Below are positions 14,213 to 27,305 of a DNA stretch of 64,000 nt, in pieces. Position numbers and translations under genes: made by a program. The notes beneath the pieces are model-generated. The model made no database searches. It was not told the DNA's origin and saw only the letters and a list, made by a program, of their open reading frames with translations. Source of the DNA: Mytilus californianus (taxonomy: Eukaryota); NCBI RefSeq assembly GCF_021869535.1, contig NW_026262690.1, positions 36,518,001 to 36,582,000 on the forward strand, given 5' to 3'. Position 1 is the first letter of the stretch, and each line of letters starts with the position of its first letter.

Positions 14213-14486
14213 TAATAACTGGAGAGCAAGAAATAATGAAGGAAATTCACAACAAACCAAATTTCAAGGACACCGGGGTCAAAGACAATTTGGGCAACAG
14301 AGTCAGAGACAATTTGAGAATACATATGAAAATAACGTCAATCAGGAACAACAACCTAGATTTAACAGGAATGAAAATGAGGAAGTAGTTTGCCGGCGTT
14401 GTGGTCAAAAGGGACATATGAGAATAGGATGTAGAGATCGATTAGACCACAGTAGAAATTCTTTAAACAGGAAGGGATCAGCATAA
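14205..14486 (+). pseudogene. gag: Gag C-terminal remnant (nucleocapsid, CCHC zinc knuckle)
   Basis: Q/N/R-rich stretch followed by CRRCGQKGHMRIGC (CX2CX4HX4C). N-terminal gag is deleted. Confidence 0.85.
14462..14468 (+). promoter_or_regulatory. -1 ribosomal frameshift slippery heptamer T TTA AAC (gag to pol)
   Basis: Heptamer is in the gag frame (TCT TTA AAC). The -1 frame (FKQEGISITGRM...) is open into the protease ORF at 14495. Confidence 0.8.
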
Positions 14487-17400
14487 CGGGGCGTATGTTT
14501 GGTCGTCGTTTTGGGCGCTCCAATAATCCTAATTACCTAACAGATTTAGTTGGAAAATCAAATGAAGTTCAGATAATTATTGGTTCAGTTACTACAATAG
14601 CTCTTTTAGATACCGGTTCATCAGTTTCCATAATAAGTAGATCATTTTATGATAAACATTTCTTTGAAATACCTATCCATCCAGTTCAAGAAATCTTAAA
14701 AATTGAATGTGCAGATGGTCAAGAACTCCCTTATGAAGGTTTTATTGAAGCAATTATGAACATCTTAGGATCAAGAAGTAAACAGAATGAGGACAATACA
14801 CTGAACAATTGCCTTTTCCTTATCGTTCCTGACAGTAAATACAATATCAATGTTCCAGTTTTGATAGGTACTAATATTTTGTCTTCTTTTATGGAAATTC
14901 TACAGAAAAGATATGGCGAAAGATACCTGCAGCAGGCCGAATTATTTACACCAGTATACATGACCCTAAGATGCTTGACACTTAGAGAAAAAAATCTGCA
15001 AAGACAGAATAATAAACTAGCTGTTATAAAGTCTGCTGAAAAAGAACGAATTACAATAGAAACCAATTCTGAAGTTGTAATATCTGGCTATTTAGACAAG
15101 AAAGTGCCATACCAACCGGTTTGTGCTCTACTGCAGCCAACACAAAGATCATCTATCCCACTTGACTTAGATATTACACCTGCGATAACTTCTTATAGCT
15201 ACAGTAAACATGCTTTTGGAACAACAAATGTACTTATTTCAAATCCTTCGACAAGGACCGTTACAGTTTCACCAAACAGTGTTTTATGTGAACTTCAACC
15301 AGTCCATATTGAAAATATTGAACGATATGACGATGAACAACATCAAAAAGATAACACAGAAGTCATAGAAGGAATAACTATGTGTACAGATGGTCTTACT
15401 CAGACACAGATACAGAAAGGAAAACAACTTGTACAAAAATATGCTGATATTATGTCCAAAGATGACCTTGATATTGGACACAATAAAATGGTTAGACATA
15501 GAATACAGTTAATAGACGAAACTCCATTCAAACAGAAACATAGACGAATACCACCATCAATGTATGAAGAAGTTAGAGATCATCTTCATCTATTATTAGC
15601 AAGCGGAATTATACGTCAATCATTTTCACCATAGGCATCAAATGTAGTTTTATGCAGAAAGAAGGATGGTAAACTGCGCATGTGCGTGGACTATCGCCAA
15701 CTCAATGATAAATCTGTAAAAGATTCACATGCGTTGAATTGAAGAAATTTTAGAAGGGCTTGCAAGAAACAAGTTCTTTACAGTAATAGATATGAAGTCA
15801 GGGTATCATCAGATTGAGATAGAAGAAGATCATAAGGAAAGGACTGCGTTTACAGTTGGCCCGCTAGGCTTTTATGAATATGAAAGAATGCCATTTGGTT
15901 TAGCAAATAGCCCAGCAACATATCAAGGATTAATGGAAACCATATTGATGGACCTAAATTTGAAGATTTGTTTTGTCTATCTTGATGACGTTATAATATT
16001 CTCCAACACATATGAAGAACATTTGAATAGAATAGATCTTGTCTTTAGTCGACTGAGAGAAGCAGGTTTAAAATTATCACCAAAGAAATGTTCTTTCTTT
16101 ATGAGAAAAGTACGCTATGTAGGACACATAGTGTCTGCGGAGGGAATTGAACCTGATCCTGATAAAATAGAGAAGATCAAATCTTGGCCAATACCAACGT
16201 CACCAGAAGAAGTTAGAAAATTCTTAGGTTTTGTTGGCTATTATCGTCGTTTTGTAAAAGACTTTGCAAAGATTACTAGACCACTTACCAATCTTATGCC
16301 AACACCTGTCAAGAAGAAACAAGAGAAAGGAAAGAGAACAAAGAAAGTAGAGAAAAAACCAGAATGGACATGGGGAACAGCACAGGAAGAATCATTCAGT
16401 ACTTTAAAATCTTGTTTAATGACACCACCGGTTTTAGGATACCCGAATTTCAAAAAGCCATTTGAACTTCACACTGATGCTTCGGGTCATGGCCTTGGTG
16501 CAGTTCTTTACCAAGACCAAGACGGATTGAAACGAGTTATTGCATATGCAAGTCGAGGACTAACTAAAGCAGAAAAACATTATCCTGCTCAGCGTTTGGA
16601 GTTTTTAGCGTTAAAATGGGCTATAACTGAAAAATTCAGCGACTATCTGATTGCCTCCACATTTGTAGTGTTCACTGACAACAACCCGTTAACTTATGCA
16701 ATGAAATCTGCAAAATTAGATGCCACCACTCAAAGATGGGTTGCTGCGTTATCTTCTTTCAATTTTGAAATCAAATATAGACCCGCTTCGAGTAATGCAG
16801 ATGCTGATACTTTATCAAGACTGCCAGGAATAGTGTCTGAGAAAGAAGATACAGTTAACTTACAGAATGAAACAGTTAATGCAATCTGCAATATAACATC
16901 GATGCCAGTAATAGAAACAATTTCTTTTTCATCAGAAATAGTTGATAATCTTGCAGATCCAATGACAGGCTTAAAGATAGATTTAGTTGAAATTCAACAG
17001 AAAGATAAAGTTTTAAAATATTGGATAGATAAAGTACAAATAGGTCAAAAACCACTGAAGATAGATATTCCAAAGACACCTGAATATCATGCTATGTATA
17101 AAAACTTTGAAAAGCTACGCTTAAGTGAAGGAGTTCTACAAAGAACCATTACAGATAGCATCAGCGGGGAAAAAGTCAACCAACTAGTCATTCCATCATC
17201 ACACCGTTCTATGATATTAAAATACCTTCATGACGAAATGGGACATCAGGGTAGAGACCGTACACTATCATTGGTCAAAGATAGATTTTACTGGTATGGA
17301 CAGACAAGAGATGTAGAAAATTATATAGCTGCTTGTGGAAGATGCTTACGCAGAAAGACGCCAAGCAGAGATAAGGCTGAATTAGTAACTATTCAAACAT

Positions 17401-18842
17401 CACAACCACTAGAATTAGTCTGCATGGATTTTCTTGGTTTAGAAACATCAAAAGGAGGGTACCAGTATATTCTTGTTATCACAGATCATTACACCAAGTA
17501 TGCTATTGCTATACCAACTAAAAACACTACTGCTAGAACAACAGCTGAAGCATTTATTAATAATTTTGTTGTTCACTACGGATTTCCACATCGTATCCAC
17601 AGTGACCAAGGTGCAAACTTTGAAGGCAAGTTAATGAAAGAGCTCTGTGATATAACAGGAATGAAGAAATCAAGAACTACTCCATATCATCCCATGGGTA
17701 ACGGAGTATGCGAAAGATTTAATAGAACCTTGATTAGTATGTTAGGAACACTCAATCCAGACCAGAAGAAAGATTGGAAATCCCATGTTGGGACAATGAC
17801 TCATGCCTACAACAATACAAGACATGACACTACAGGATTTACTCCTTATAAATTAATGTTTGGTCGAGACGCAAAGTTACCAGTAGATGTTATTTTTTCA
17901 ACAAAATCACCAGATACCAGTAAAGTCCCTGTTACTAGATATATCAAAGATCTGAAAGAACGAATAGACACTGCATATAAATTAGCATCAGAAACAGCTA
18001 AAAAGTCTCAACAAAAGCAGAAAGAATCATATGATTTAAAGAAAATGGGATCTATTATTCATGAAGGTGATACAGTACTAGTTAAAATAGTAGCCTGGGA
18101 CGGAAAACACAAATTATCAGACCGCTTTGAAGATGAACCATACACAGTACTGAAACAGCCAAACACTGATATTCCAGTTTACACCGTAAAAAGAAAAGAT
18201 GGAGTTGGTAGAAACAGAACTCTTCACAGGAACTTGTTATTACCAATTGGGAACCTATCTGACGGAACCACAGATCGTCATTATGAGGATGAAATCGAAG
18301 ATGAAATCGTCTATACAATTGAAGATTCAAGTACAAGTAGAATTGGTACAACAGATGCACCAGAAAAAGTTCAACTTGAAGTGATTGATACAAGTAATTA
18401 CACAGTGTCAGCAGATGAGCCCTCTGCAACTGACACATGTGGAGAGGATATGACAGGGGACGCCCTATATCCAGAAAATATAGATGATGTTTCATCTCAA
18501 GATATTCATAGAAGCGAGACAGAAACTGAAACCATAACACACGAATCTCCTACTCAAGTACAGCATACAGTTGAGTCAAGTCCACATAGGACTGAACAAC
18601 AGGGCCCTGATGAAGAAATTGAAGATGATGAGTCTGATGGAGAGGATAATTCTGAGAGGAGACCAGTACGGACTAAACGTAAACCAGCCTGGATGCGAAG
18701 TGGTGAATTTGTCATGTTGCAACAGCCAGACTGGATGCAGAAAGCTGAATATTTAAAACGTCTCGCTCTATCTGGAATGTTTCCATCTGCTGAAGAAGAC
18801 TTTGGAAAAGCATTGCTTCGGATTGTGACTGAAAATATGTAG
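14462..18842 (+). pseudogene. pol: Gypsy pol polyprotein (protease, RT, RNase H, integrase) with two lesions
   Basis: Motifs LLDTGS, YLDD, TDAS and LEFLALKWAI, H-X4-H...C-X2-C, and DDE (MDF, SDQG, E). TAG at 15632-15634 replaces the W of SPW. A 5-nt deletion near 15736 (DSHAL[PR]IEE) shifts into the 15792-18842 ORF. Confidence 0.92.
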
Positions 18843-18925
18843 CTAATGTTGTATTTATTAAGTCATGCATTTAATGCTTTCTAAGAACATCTCTTGGAAA
18901 AATGGTATGGAAACCATTTTTTTGC

Positions 18926-18939
18926 AAGGACCGGGAGAA
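18926..18939 (+). promoter_or_regulatory. Polypurine tract
   Basis: AAGGACCGGGAGAA immediately before the TG of the 3' LTR. Confidence 0.75.
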
Positions 18940-19918
18940 TGTGATAGGGTCAATTATATATTGAAATTATTTATTTGCAATGTACATATATTTTATTATT
19001 TATTATTTTCCATGTCCAGATAATTGAAGTTTAAAATATATGTAGTATTGATTTATTGCCAAAGTATGGACATAAACAGTAGATTAATACAGGTGATCAA
19101 TACTTTATATACATGTTTTTATTATTGTGATGTCATATCGACTGTTTAGTTGTGATGTAAGTCTTGTGATGTCATTTCGTATATCTGTGTGATGTAGATT
19201 TGGTACAGGAGTTTCATTGGACGAAATGTCACAAGGGATTAATTCTATTTTCTGATTGGTTAGATTTGACCGAGGGAAATTACAAAATTTTGATATTGTT
19301 TGAGAGTAAGCACTGGATCATTTTGTCTTGTGTCACTTTCGGAAATTTATTATATTTCTGTGTTTATTTATTAGGAAATGTTCCTGTTGTCTCTAAGAAT
19401 AAAGATTTAAATGTTGACAGTTGAATTATTGTTACCAGTACGTGTGGTATCATAACCTAAGTCCCATAGACAGGTAATTAAATGTTTTATGTTATAATGT
19501 AAACAATGATTAAATAATGATTGATCTTGATTGTGGTATTTACTCATTGTGTTTGTATAATGTTTACATTCTTGAAACTTTCACAGTTTGATAAACGTAT
19601 AAATAAAGAAATACTATTTAATAATTATTTGAATATTGTATATTGAATATTATAGCAATTTACTATAAAGAATAACCTTCTTTTCATACTTGTGTATTTG
19701 TGATACTTTGCAATAGCACTTTTATTTATTTACTGTTAATTATCAGGGACTAGATGTACAATTGTCTTTTAATGCATAATGTGATATTATTGTTTAATAC
19801 ATCTGTTTATACATATTTTATTGTTAATTGCAGGGTTATATTCTTACCATCTATTAAATATTTCCTGTACACAAGGGTGTCTAGTTTTAATGATTAGCCA
19901 GTGGCCAACCCTGTTACA
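18940..19918 (+). repeat. Complete 3' LTR (979 bp)
   Basis: TGTGATAGGG...CCCTGTTACA. Contains four TGTGATGT motifs (~19125-19196) and a TATAAATAAA element (~19598). Confidence 0.9.
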
Positions 19919-20254
19919 AAACAAAAAATGGCATTATTTTTCTCCACACATGTAAGAAAACAATACATTAATTTTACATTTACATTTTAATCAAAAACTG
20001 GGAATCCTATAAACATTAAATAAAAAGGTAACAAATATAACACATATCCGAATCTTACGAATTTTACCGGATGCGCATTATCCATTGTCCATTTGAGAAG
20101 ACATCCAGTCGTGTTACACATTATTTACAGTTTTCTTTCAGTTACCTTGTTGGACAGGTACGGATGTGAAAATACGGACTGTCAAACAGAAAATGGCCAA
20201 TAAAACATGCAACAATAATCTTGATGTTCATATAAACCCACTTTGATACCATTT

Positions 20255-20405
20255 TCTACACAAGGAAATGCCTGTTCCAAGTCAGGAATACCACAATTGT
20301 TTTCCATTCGTTTGATGTGTTAGAGCTTTTGATTTTGCCAATTGTTAAGAAGCTTTCCCTTTTGAATTTTCCTTGGAGTTCGGTATTTTTGTTGTTTAAC
20401 TTTTT
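20255..20405 (-). mobile_element. Naiad-type PLE 3'-end fragment (family 2)
   Basis: Reads in the opposite orientation to the terminal sequence at 26246-26400 and 60955-61100, which is physically joined to Naiad RT sequence. Confidence 0.75.
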
Positions 20406-20579
20406 GAAGGCTATATATTCTTCAGCTATCTAAAAATCAATTTTATTGCACAATAACTTTCATTTTTAAAAAGTTCACCATGGCCAAAATACGAAATCAA
20501 ACTCCTAACTGTGTATTGCTACCTAAGACTGTCCAAGTAAACTAGAATATTCTTGTGTAGCTGCATTACGGATAGTTTG

Positions 20580-21560
20580 GATGAAAACGCTGCTGATGGG
20601 TAACCGACAAAGTGCGTCATCATCTGCATTGGTTTTGCAGATCTGTCTTTGATGGCAAAAGTAAATGCCATAAAAGCCGCTTGTCAGCAGTGTTCTGTTG
20701 CATACAACTTTTCAGTTGTCAATACGTAGGGGACTGGATTGTCTTCTGTGTACAACATTAAGTCTTGACCGTATGAGTCGTCCCTAAACATATCAATAAC
20801 TGCTCATTTTGGCGGATTGGTGCACTTCCGGAGTAGTCTTTTAGTGTCTGGAATGCCTGTCGATGTTATTCAATCCACCTCCACTTACTGGAAGGCTTCC
20901 TCTTCTTGTTCGGTGATGGAATCAAATCGGTCAAAGGACGTCTGACTTTGCTTAGTTTCTGGATGAAACGTCTGTAAATAACCGACAAAGCTAAAAATTC
21001 TCCCCATTTCTTCTAGACTGATTAGTTTGGGCCAGTTAACAACCTTTTCCATCTTCTGTTGATCTATTTCAACTTCCAATTTCTCATACCACGTCTCCGA
21101 AATACTTTGAATTTTGCTTAAAGATCTTAAATTATCTATTGTTTGATGAAAGCTTCAGGTTTGCTTCTCCGATCTTCTCAAAAACTATTCGTATATTCTG
21201 GAAGTGCTCTTCGAATGTCCTTTCATAAATGATGATATCATCAAAGAATATCAAGCATAATTATATTGAGGTTGTAATCTCTCAGGTAATACTTCATTAG
21301 TCTCTGATATGTCGCAGTAGAGTTGGTTAGTTTCACCCTGTTGTAGTGTCCTAATCATAGTTAGTTGTTTCCCTTCACCAAGTTGTTCATCTATTAAATC
21401 AATATTTATAATATCCACTTCTTCCAGCAACTTCATATCGCCCACAGTAGTATGGTTTTGACGTCCTTCAAGTTTAACTGGTTGAACTTCACAAATTATG
21501 ATGTATGGCAAGATACCTGGAAACAAGATCAACAGTACCAATGGCATTTATGAACCGTAT
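20580..21560 (-). pseudogene. Degenerate Gypsy pol relic (pre-RT region, RT C-terminus, RNase H)
   Basis: Minus-strand peptides: ICEVQPV...EQLGEGKQL (cf. LCELQPV...QIQKGKQL in the young element), IFFDDIIIY..TFEEHF..EANLKL, KVVNWPK..EE...SFVGY and KTNADDALCRLP, with many stops and frameshifts. Confidence 0.8.
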
Positions 21561-23599
21561 CTATAACATTGATACGGTTGATCCTATATTTTGACAGGAG
21601 GCTAGTAGTTGTAAGTTAAAAGGGTTAGTTCTTTGTAAATTCCCTTGTAACCTGCTTCCAAAGTAGTTGTTTGAATAATAGATAGAGTTTTTGTATACCT
21701 TATTTCCTTTTTATAGTAGCCAGTAACTTTGATTGTGGTAATTGGAAGTATGCTAATTGTGTTGCATGTTCTAATCATCTGTTGTTCGTTTTTGGAAAGT
21801 TTGCAATAGCAATACTTTCCTAAGGCGTCGGCCTCAACCGCAAGTAGCTACTTTAGGATGTGTGTTCTACTCCTAGATAATGTAATATTAATGTTTGAAT
21901 ATTAATTTTCGGAAGATGCTTTTGAAATTTTGAGTTTCTACTTTTTTTATAAGCTTACAGCTTAAATAAAAATGGACTGAATGTTTACCGACATTTAAAT
22001 GAATTCAATGTTATTTCGAAAATGGTATCACAAACACTACTTCGCGGATCTGCCGTACGCGTAAGAAAAAATCAAAACAAATCTACACGAAACAGCAGTT
22101 TCCACGTTTAATCCATAGAAAAGTTTGAGGGCCTGATATTTATTTTCAAGTTGACTTTTTTTTTACATTTATGCATGAAATTTAAGTATTTCTGTTTGTT
22201 TATGATCATGTAATCTTTAAAATTTTTACGTTTGTAAATGCTATTAGGATTGACACTTATAAAGTATGCATACTTTCAAGGATTTGTATATGTGAATACA
22301 AATCCTTGATACTTTGAACTGTCAGCCAATTTGTGTTTATTTTACCTGTATTCTTTCGTACGGGATTCCCCAGACATGCGCACTGACACTTAATCTCCAT
22401 GTGTGTGCAATCCGACTAGATAATATTGACATGCTAATCGATTCTTTTGAGTTAGATTTGAGACAAACAATAAGAAATATTATTGGTGTGCTGTGTCATA
22501 GTCTGTGCATAGTCATTATTTATGCACAACGCACTCGAAAATAATAGTTTGTCCCAATATCGTCTATGAGTTTTTTTTTAAATGTACAGTCCATTCTTTA
22601 CGGTTTGTCATTTAAATTTCTCATTGGTCAATAATTAATTCTATTTAAAACAACCAAGGAAAACACTTTAATCTCGTACATATAGTTTACATTACCACAA
22701 AATACCCGAGATTAATTATGAATGAAACTTTTTTTCGGAATTTTAAAACGTTAAGTTAAGGCCACGAACAACTACGATAGCACCTGTTGGAAATCAACTA
22801 GCCTGTTTCAAGTTTATTGGCGAGTTGCAGTTTTTTGTTTTTGAATTTTCGTCGAACTGAATTTCAAAGATCACCGTGATCTTCCAAATTGTGTTCTCCC
22901 CTTGGTCACAGGGATGGCGGCAGCGGATTGCAGTTGTGAAAAGTCCTGGGCTGAAAATTATCCGAAAGGTGACAACCGATCGCATGACATTCTCAACTGA
23001 CAAGCCGCCTGTCGAAGAAGAGTTTGTAACACCTATATACTCGAAAGAAAAATGTCAAACTACGGAAGTCTCTTAGAATTCCATTCTAATTTTTTTAGTT
23101 TTAGTACAAATATCTTTTTTTTTATATTAATTGAATCTGGTACCATTAAATAAAAGTACTAGGCCCAAATAGATACTCACAAACACTTAGACAACAAGAA
23201 AATAAATATACCCCCCTCCCCCCCATGTCTATCATCATGGCATTCATTAACTCTGGTAGCTCTATAATCATTGCACACATTAGATATACAATAAAGCTTA
23301 AAAACAAAATTAACAGAGTGTATGAAATTACTAGACTGTGAATGAACTTGCGGCTTAGAAAAGTAAACTAAGAACACATGACTTAGAAATAGTTTAACAG
23401 TTAAATAGAGAATACAATAAAAATGTGATAGCTAGAGAGTTATTTGCTTCCAAACTAAGAACTTCGGAGTCTCAGAATTTGATCTTAGAAACACCATGAT
23501 AGCTGTAAACATTATGTGTTGATAATTAAAAGTACTTAGAATAAATGACTCAAAAACAGTTTCACTGAGAATTGTTTTTCTTTGTAATGAAATATATGT

Positions 23600-24390
23600 T
23601 ATTATGAAAATAGGTAGATTGTTGATATTATATAGGAATCACCATGTCCGTCTGTCTATTTGTCCGGCTTCCTGTTCTACGCATTACTTTTGTACTGTAA
23701 AACTTCGGTTAACTAATTTTAGTATGCAATTGCATCTAAGGCTGGGGTGTGTCATACCAAAGACAGGTCGCTCTGACCTAGACTTTGACCCCTTTGATAG
23801 TAAAACCATGTCGAATTCGTGTCCTGCTCACAACTTTTGTACTGTAAAACATACTAAAGTCACTCCACTCTGACCTTGACCTTTACCTCTGACCATAACG
23901 ATAGTTAACTTTATCCAATTTGTGTCCGGTTCATTAATGGTGTACTTGCATTATGGTCTTTGGATGTGTCATATCCCAAGTTGGATCACTATGACCTTGA
24001 CTTTGTTCTTTGATACCTATGATAGTAAAACCTTGTCTAATTCGTGTCTGTGTCATATCTTTTGTACCTTAAAATTGTGGTTAACCTAACCTGGTATGCA
24101 GTTGCATTATGGACTTGGGGTGTGTCATATATCAAAGTCAGATCATTCTGATCTTTCCCATTTGACCCCTATGATAGTTAAACAGTGTCTGTTTTGTGTT
24201 TGGTGCATAACTTTTGTACTGTAGCACTTAGATTGTCAAAACTTTGTACGCAGAGCATCATACTGACCTTGACATTCAATTTCAGAATTTACAGTATGCA
24301 AACCTCACACTTTGTTCCTGGGTCAGTATGATTCTTTCAGATTGACCTATCATTTACAATGTGTCCATTTAACACAGAGGCGGAATGATT
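23600..24390 (+). mobile_element. Degenerate HINE-like element with TGACCTTGAC core repeats
   Basis: GTCCGTCTGTC microsatellite near the 5' end, then several diverged ~150-bp units containing TGACCTT. Confidence 0.5.
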
Positions 24391-24837
24391 ATATAAAATG
24401 AATGGCTGAAAACCCAAAATCTCAAAATGTCAGTGCCTCAATGCTGAATTTAAAAGCAGCAACTAAAATGTATTACAGGGTTATAAGTACCTCTGCGAAT
24501 CTAGTGTATATTAACTTTTTATTCCTGTCTACATTATTGCCATTGTTGATTAAATCCTTTCTTATAAATACACTTTCACTACGGTTGTATTGGTTTTTCA
24601 AAATAGGACATGTGGCATTTATTGCCAATGAAACAACTATCCACTAGAGTTCAAAGAAGATATATAAGCAATTATAGGTCATCATACGGTCTTCAACAAT
24701 GAGAAAAACCCATACCATATAGTCGGCTATAAAAGGCCCTGATATGAAAAATGTGAAACATTTCAAACAAGAAAACTAACGTCTTAATTAATAACAATAT
24801 AATTTACAAAAAAAAAAATATGAAGGACATGAGTCCA

Positions 24838-25420
24838 TAAAGAGCTGCGCCATGAGCGCATGATACGCCCGTCGCTTTTTCAACGAATAAAGTTCCATTT
24901 CTCCTCAATATCATATCAGAAATTTATAAAAAAAAAAATATAGGGAGCTTATTTTAGTAGATATAAACCAGTCACCAAAGTTTCATGAAAACTGCTCAAA
25001 GCATTTTTGCGTTATTGGTCGATAACTGGAAAATCCCCCCTTTTTTATGAATAAAATCCCATAACTCGGAAACGATAAATCTAAAATTTATAAAAAAACT
25101 ATAGGGAGCTTATTTTAGTAGATATAAACCAGTCACCAAAGTTTCATGAAAACTGCTCAAAGCATTTTTGCGTTATTGATCGATAACTGGAAAATCCCCC
25201 CTTTTTTATGAATAAAATCCCACAACTCGGAAACGATAAATCTAAAATTTATAAAAATCGAAAGGGAGCTTCGGTCAATAGATATAAACAATTCACCGAA
25301 ATTTCATGAAAATTGGTTATAGCATTCTTGAGTTATTGTCCGACATGGTGACGACGGACGGAAGGACAGACGGACAACGGTATACCATAATACGTCCCGT
25401 AAACGGATGTATAATTAAAA
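24838..25420 (-). mobile_element. HINE with central ~160-bp tandem repeats (2.6 copies)
   Basis: Near-identical units start at ~24939, ~25099 and ~25261 (AGGGAGCTT). GGAC microsatellite at ~25355-25375; terminal palindrome GCTGCGCCATGAGCGC. Confidence 0.75.
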
Positions 25421-26245
25421 GTACTACATCACAGGCCCCTGACATGGGATGGGCACATAAAGAATGTAACAGAGCTTTTTGAGTACTGAATTATTAAATC
25501 TACAGTAAGGTTGCAATAGAAAATATATATCAAAATTTTACATGATAAACATATGAATAAAGGGCGATTTTTGAAGATTGCTGATGAGACAATGATTTAG
25601 TAACAAACATCAAAGCTGTGATTAAATTCATATTTGAAATAACACACATCTACCGTTGCAACCTTTCCGCAGGTGCTATCCAGCACTTTGATTAACCCCC
25701 TCCCTCATGGTTAAATTAATCAAGGCCATATTCCGAGGTGTTGTTAAATCAGCATTCTGCAAATATTTGGCTCCGTGTTCCTTCTTAAAAACACCACGTT
25801 GTCCTATAGATTAGTTCCGATCAAAGCTGGTATGTGACTGTCAAATTTTCTATCAGGTACAACTAGACATTATATGTTTGTCAGTGTTGTTGTAATTTCC
25901 TGGTGTATTGATCTTCACCTTTATTTATCCTCTATAAGGTAATAGAGATCCTTAAGCATATCCGGCTTTCAAGATGTTATCCAAAAGTTTGAATTGACCT
26001 GTCGCCGATAGGCATCCTATCGATGTGTGTCCTTTTAATGCACAAATTACTGTTTATTGGATATTCGTTGTTGGTTTGTTGCTGCTGTTATGGCTGAGTT
26101 TCACTATTCTTAAGTCTCTGTTGACCATTGTTCTATTGTCTCTCCTCTAGCATCTCTCTAACTTTAAAAGTTGTCCTTATAGTGTTTGTTGATGTGTTCC
26201 CCTCAGGTAAGTTACCCCATGTGTTAACTACTGGTCCATTAATTG

Positions 26246-27305
26246 AAAAAAATAAAATCACAAAAATACTGAACTCCGAGGAAAATTCAAAAAGGAAAGT
26301 CCCTAATCAAATGGCAAAATCAAAAGCTCAAACACATCAAACGAATGGATAACAACTGTCATATTCCTGACTTGGTACAGGCATTTTCTTATGTAGAAAA
26401 TTGTGGATTGAACCTGGTTTTATAGCTAGCTAAACCTCTCACTTGTATGACAGTCGCATCAAATTCCATTATTTTGACAACGATGCGTGAACAAAACAAA
26501 TAGACATAATAGGTAAAAATGTCAAAAATAGGGGTACAGCAGTCAACATTGTGTTATCATCTTACTCACTATAAAAACAAACAAATGTAACAAAGAAGCA
26601 CAAAAAGGCATACATCAAATTTAACATCCTCATTTTGCTTTTATATTATACGATTTTATTTATCTATGTAGAATCCACCCATAAAGGATGGAAGGTTTTA
26701 AGTACTGGCGTAGAATCGCGTGTTTGACGTCACACAGGTAACTATAAAATCATTTTGTCGTTCAAAGAATGACGGGATACATAAGTACAGAGTCACGTCA
26801 AAGGGATATCACAAAAAACAGACTTAACAGTAAAAGTAATATTAATAAAGACAAATAAAAGAATACTATAACACGTTATTAAGATGATAAACAACGTCAG
26901 TACGCAGAATCTATACTTCAAGACCATCGTGTATTATTTGTGAAGTTGATACGGAATATTTATCAACAAGGTCTTGGTACCTTCCGATGAACTTTTTTAG
27001 AAAAAGTACGAGACGTTCTTTGACATCAACTTTCTGCTTAGACACTGATGACGTTTTACAAAGTCTGAGTAGGAGCTGCAAGCTCTTGAATACCGAATAA
27101 GTTGGGAAACGTATGTCCCATATGCAGGTGAAGTTGGTAGATTGCTTCTAAGGTGGGGGAAATTGATAATTTCAAAATTAAAATCGTCTCGTTTGTCATA
27201 GATTCTGGTACTGAGATGACTGTGTATGTCAAATTCGAGGTATAAGTCTAAAAATGAGGCGGAGGAAGCCGTGTCTGTTGTTTCTTTAATTTCTAGTTCT
27301 GAAGT
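26246..27305 (-). mobile_element. Naiad-type Penelope-like element, 3' fragment (family 2) with RT C-terminus
   Basis: Minus strand encodes ...KETTDTASSASFLDLYLEFD...YDKRDDFNFEIINFPHL..NLPTSPAYGTYVSQLIRYSRACSSYSDF..., followed by a ~650-nt 3' tail. Confidence 0.85.

Larger units (their letters stand above)
14133..19918 (+). mobile_element. Ty3/Gypsy LTR retrotransposon, internally deleted and inactivated
   Basis: TG...CA termini with 4-bp TSD AAAC (14129-14132 and 19919-19922). Domain order PR-RT-RH-IN; polypurine tract before the 3' LTR; no env. Confidence 0.95.

Noticed and set aside
14731-18756. Antisense and alternate-frame ORFs inside the Gypsy pol
   Set aside because: Shadows of the long pol frame; no independent signals.
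18843-18939. env-like ORF in the Gypsy element
   Set aside because: Only ~100 bp lie between the pol stop and the 3' LTR.
22905-23000. GC-richer stretch with ATGGCGGCAGCG as a possible first exon (MAAADCSCEKSW...)
   Set aside because: Stops after 28 codons, donor is weak and no downstream exons are found; more likely transposon-internal sequence.
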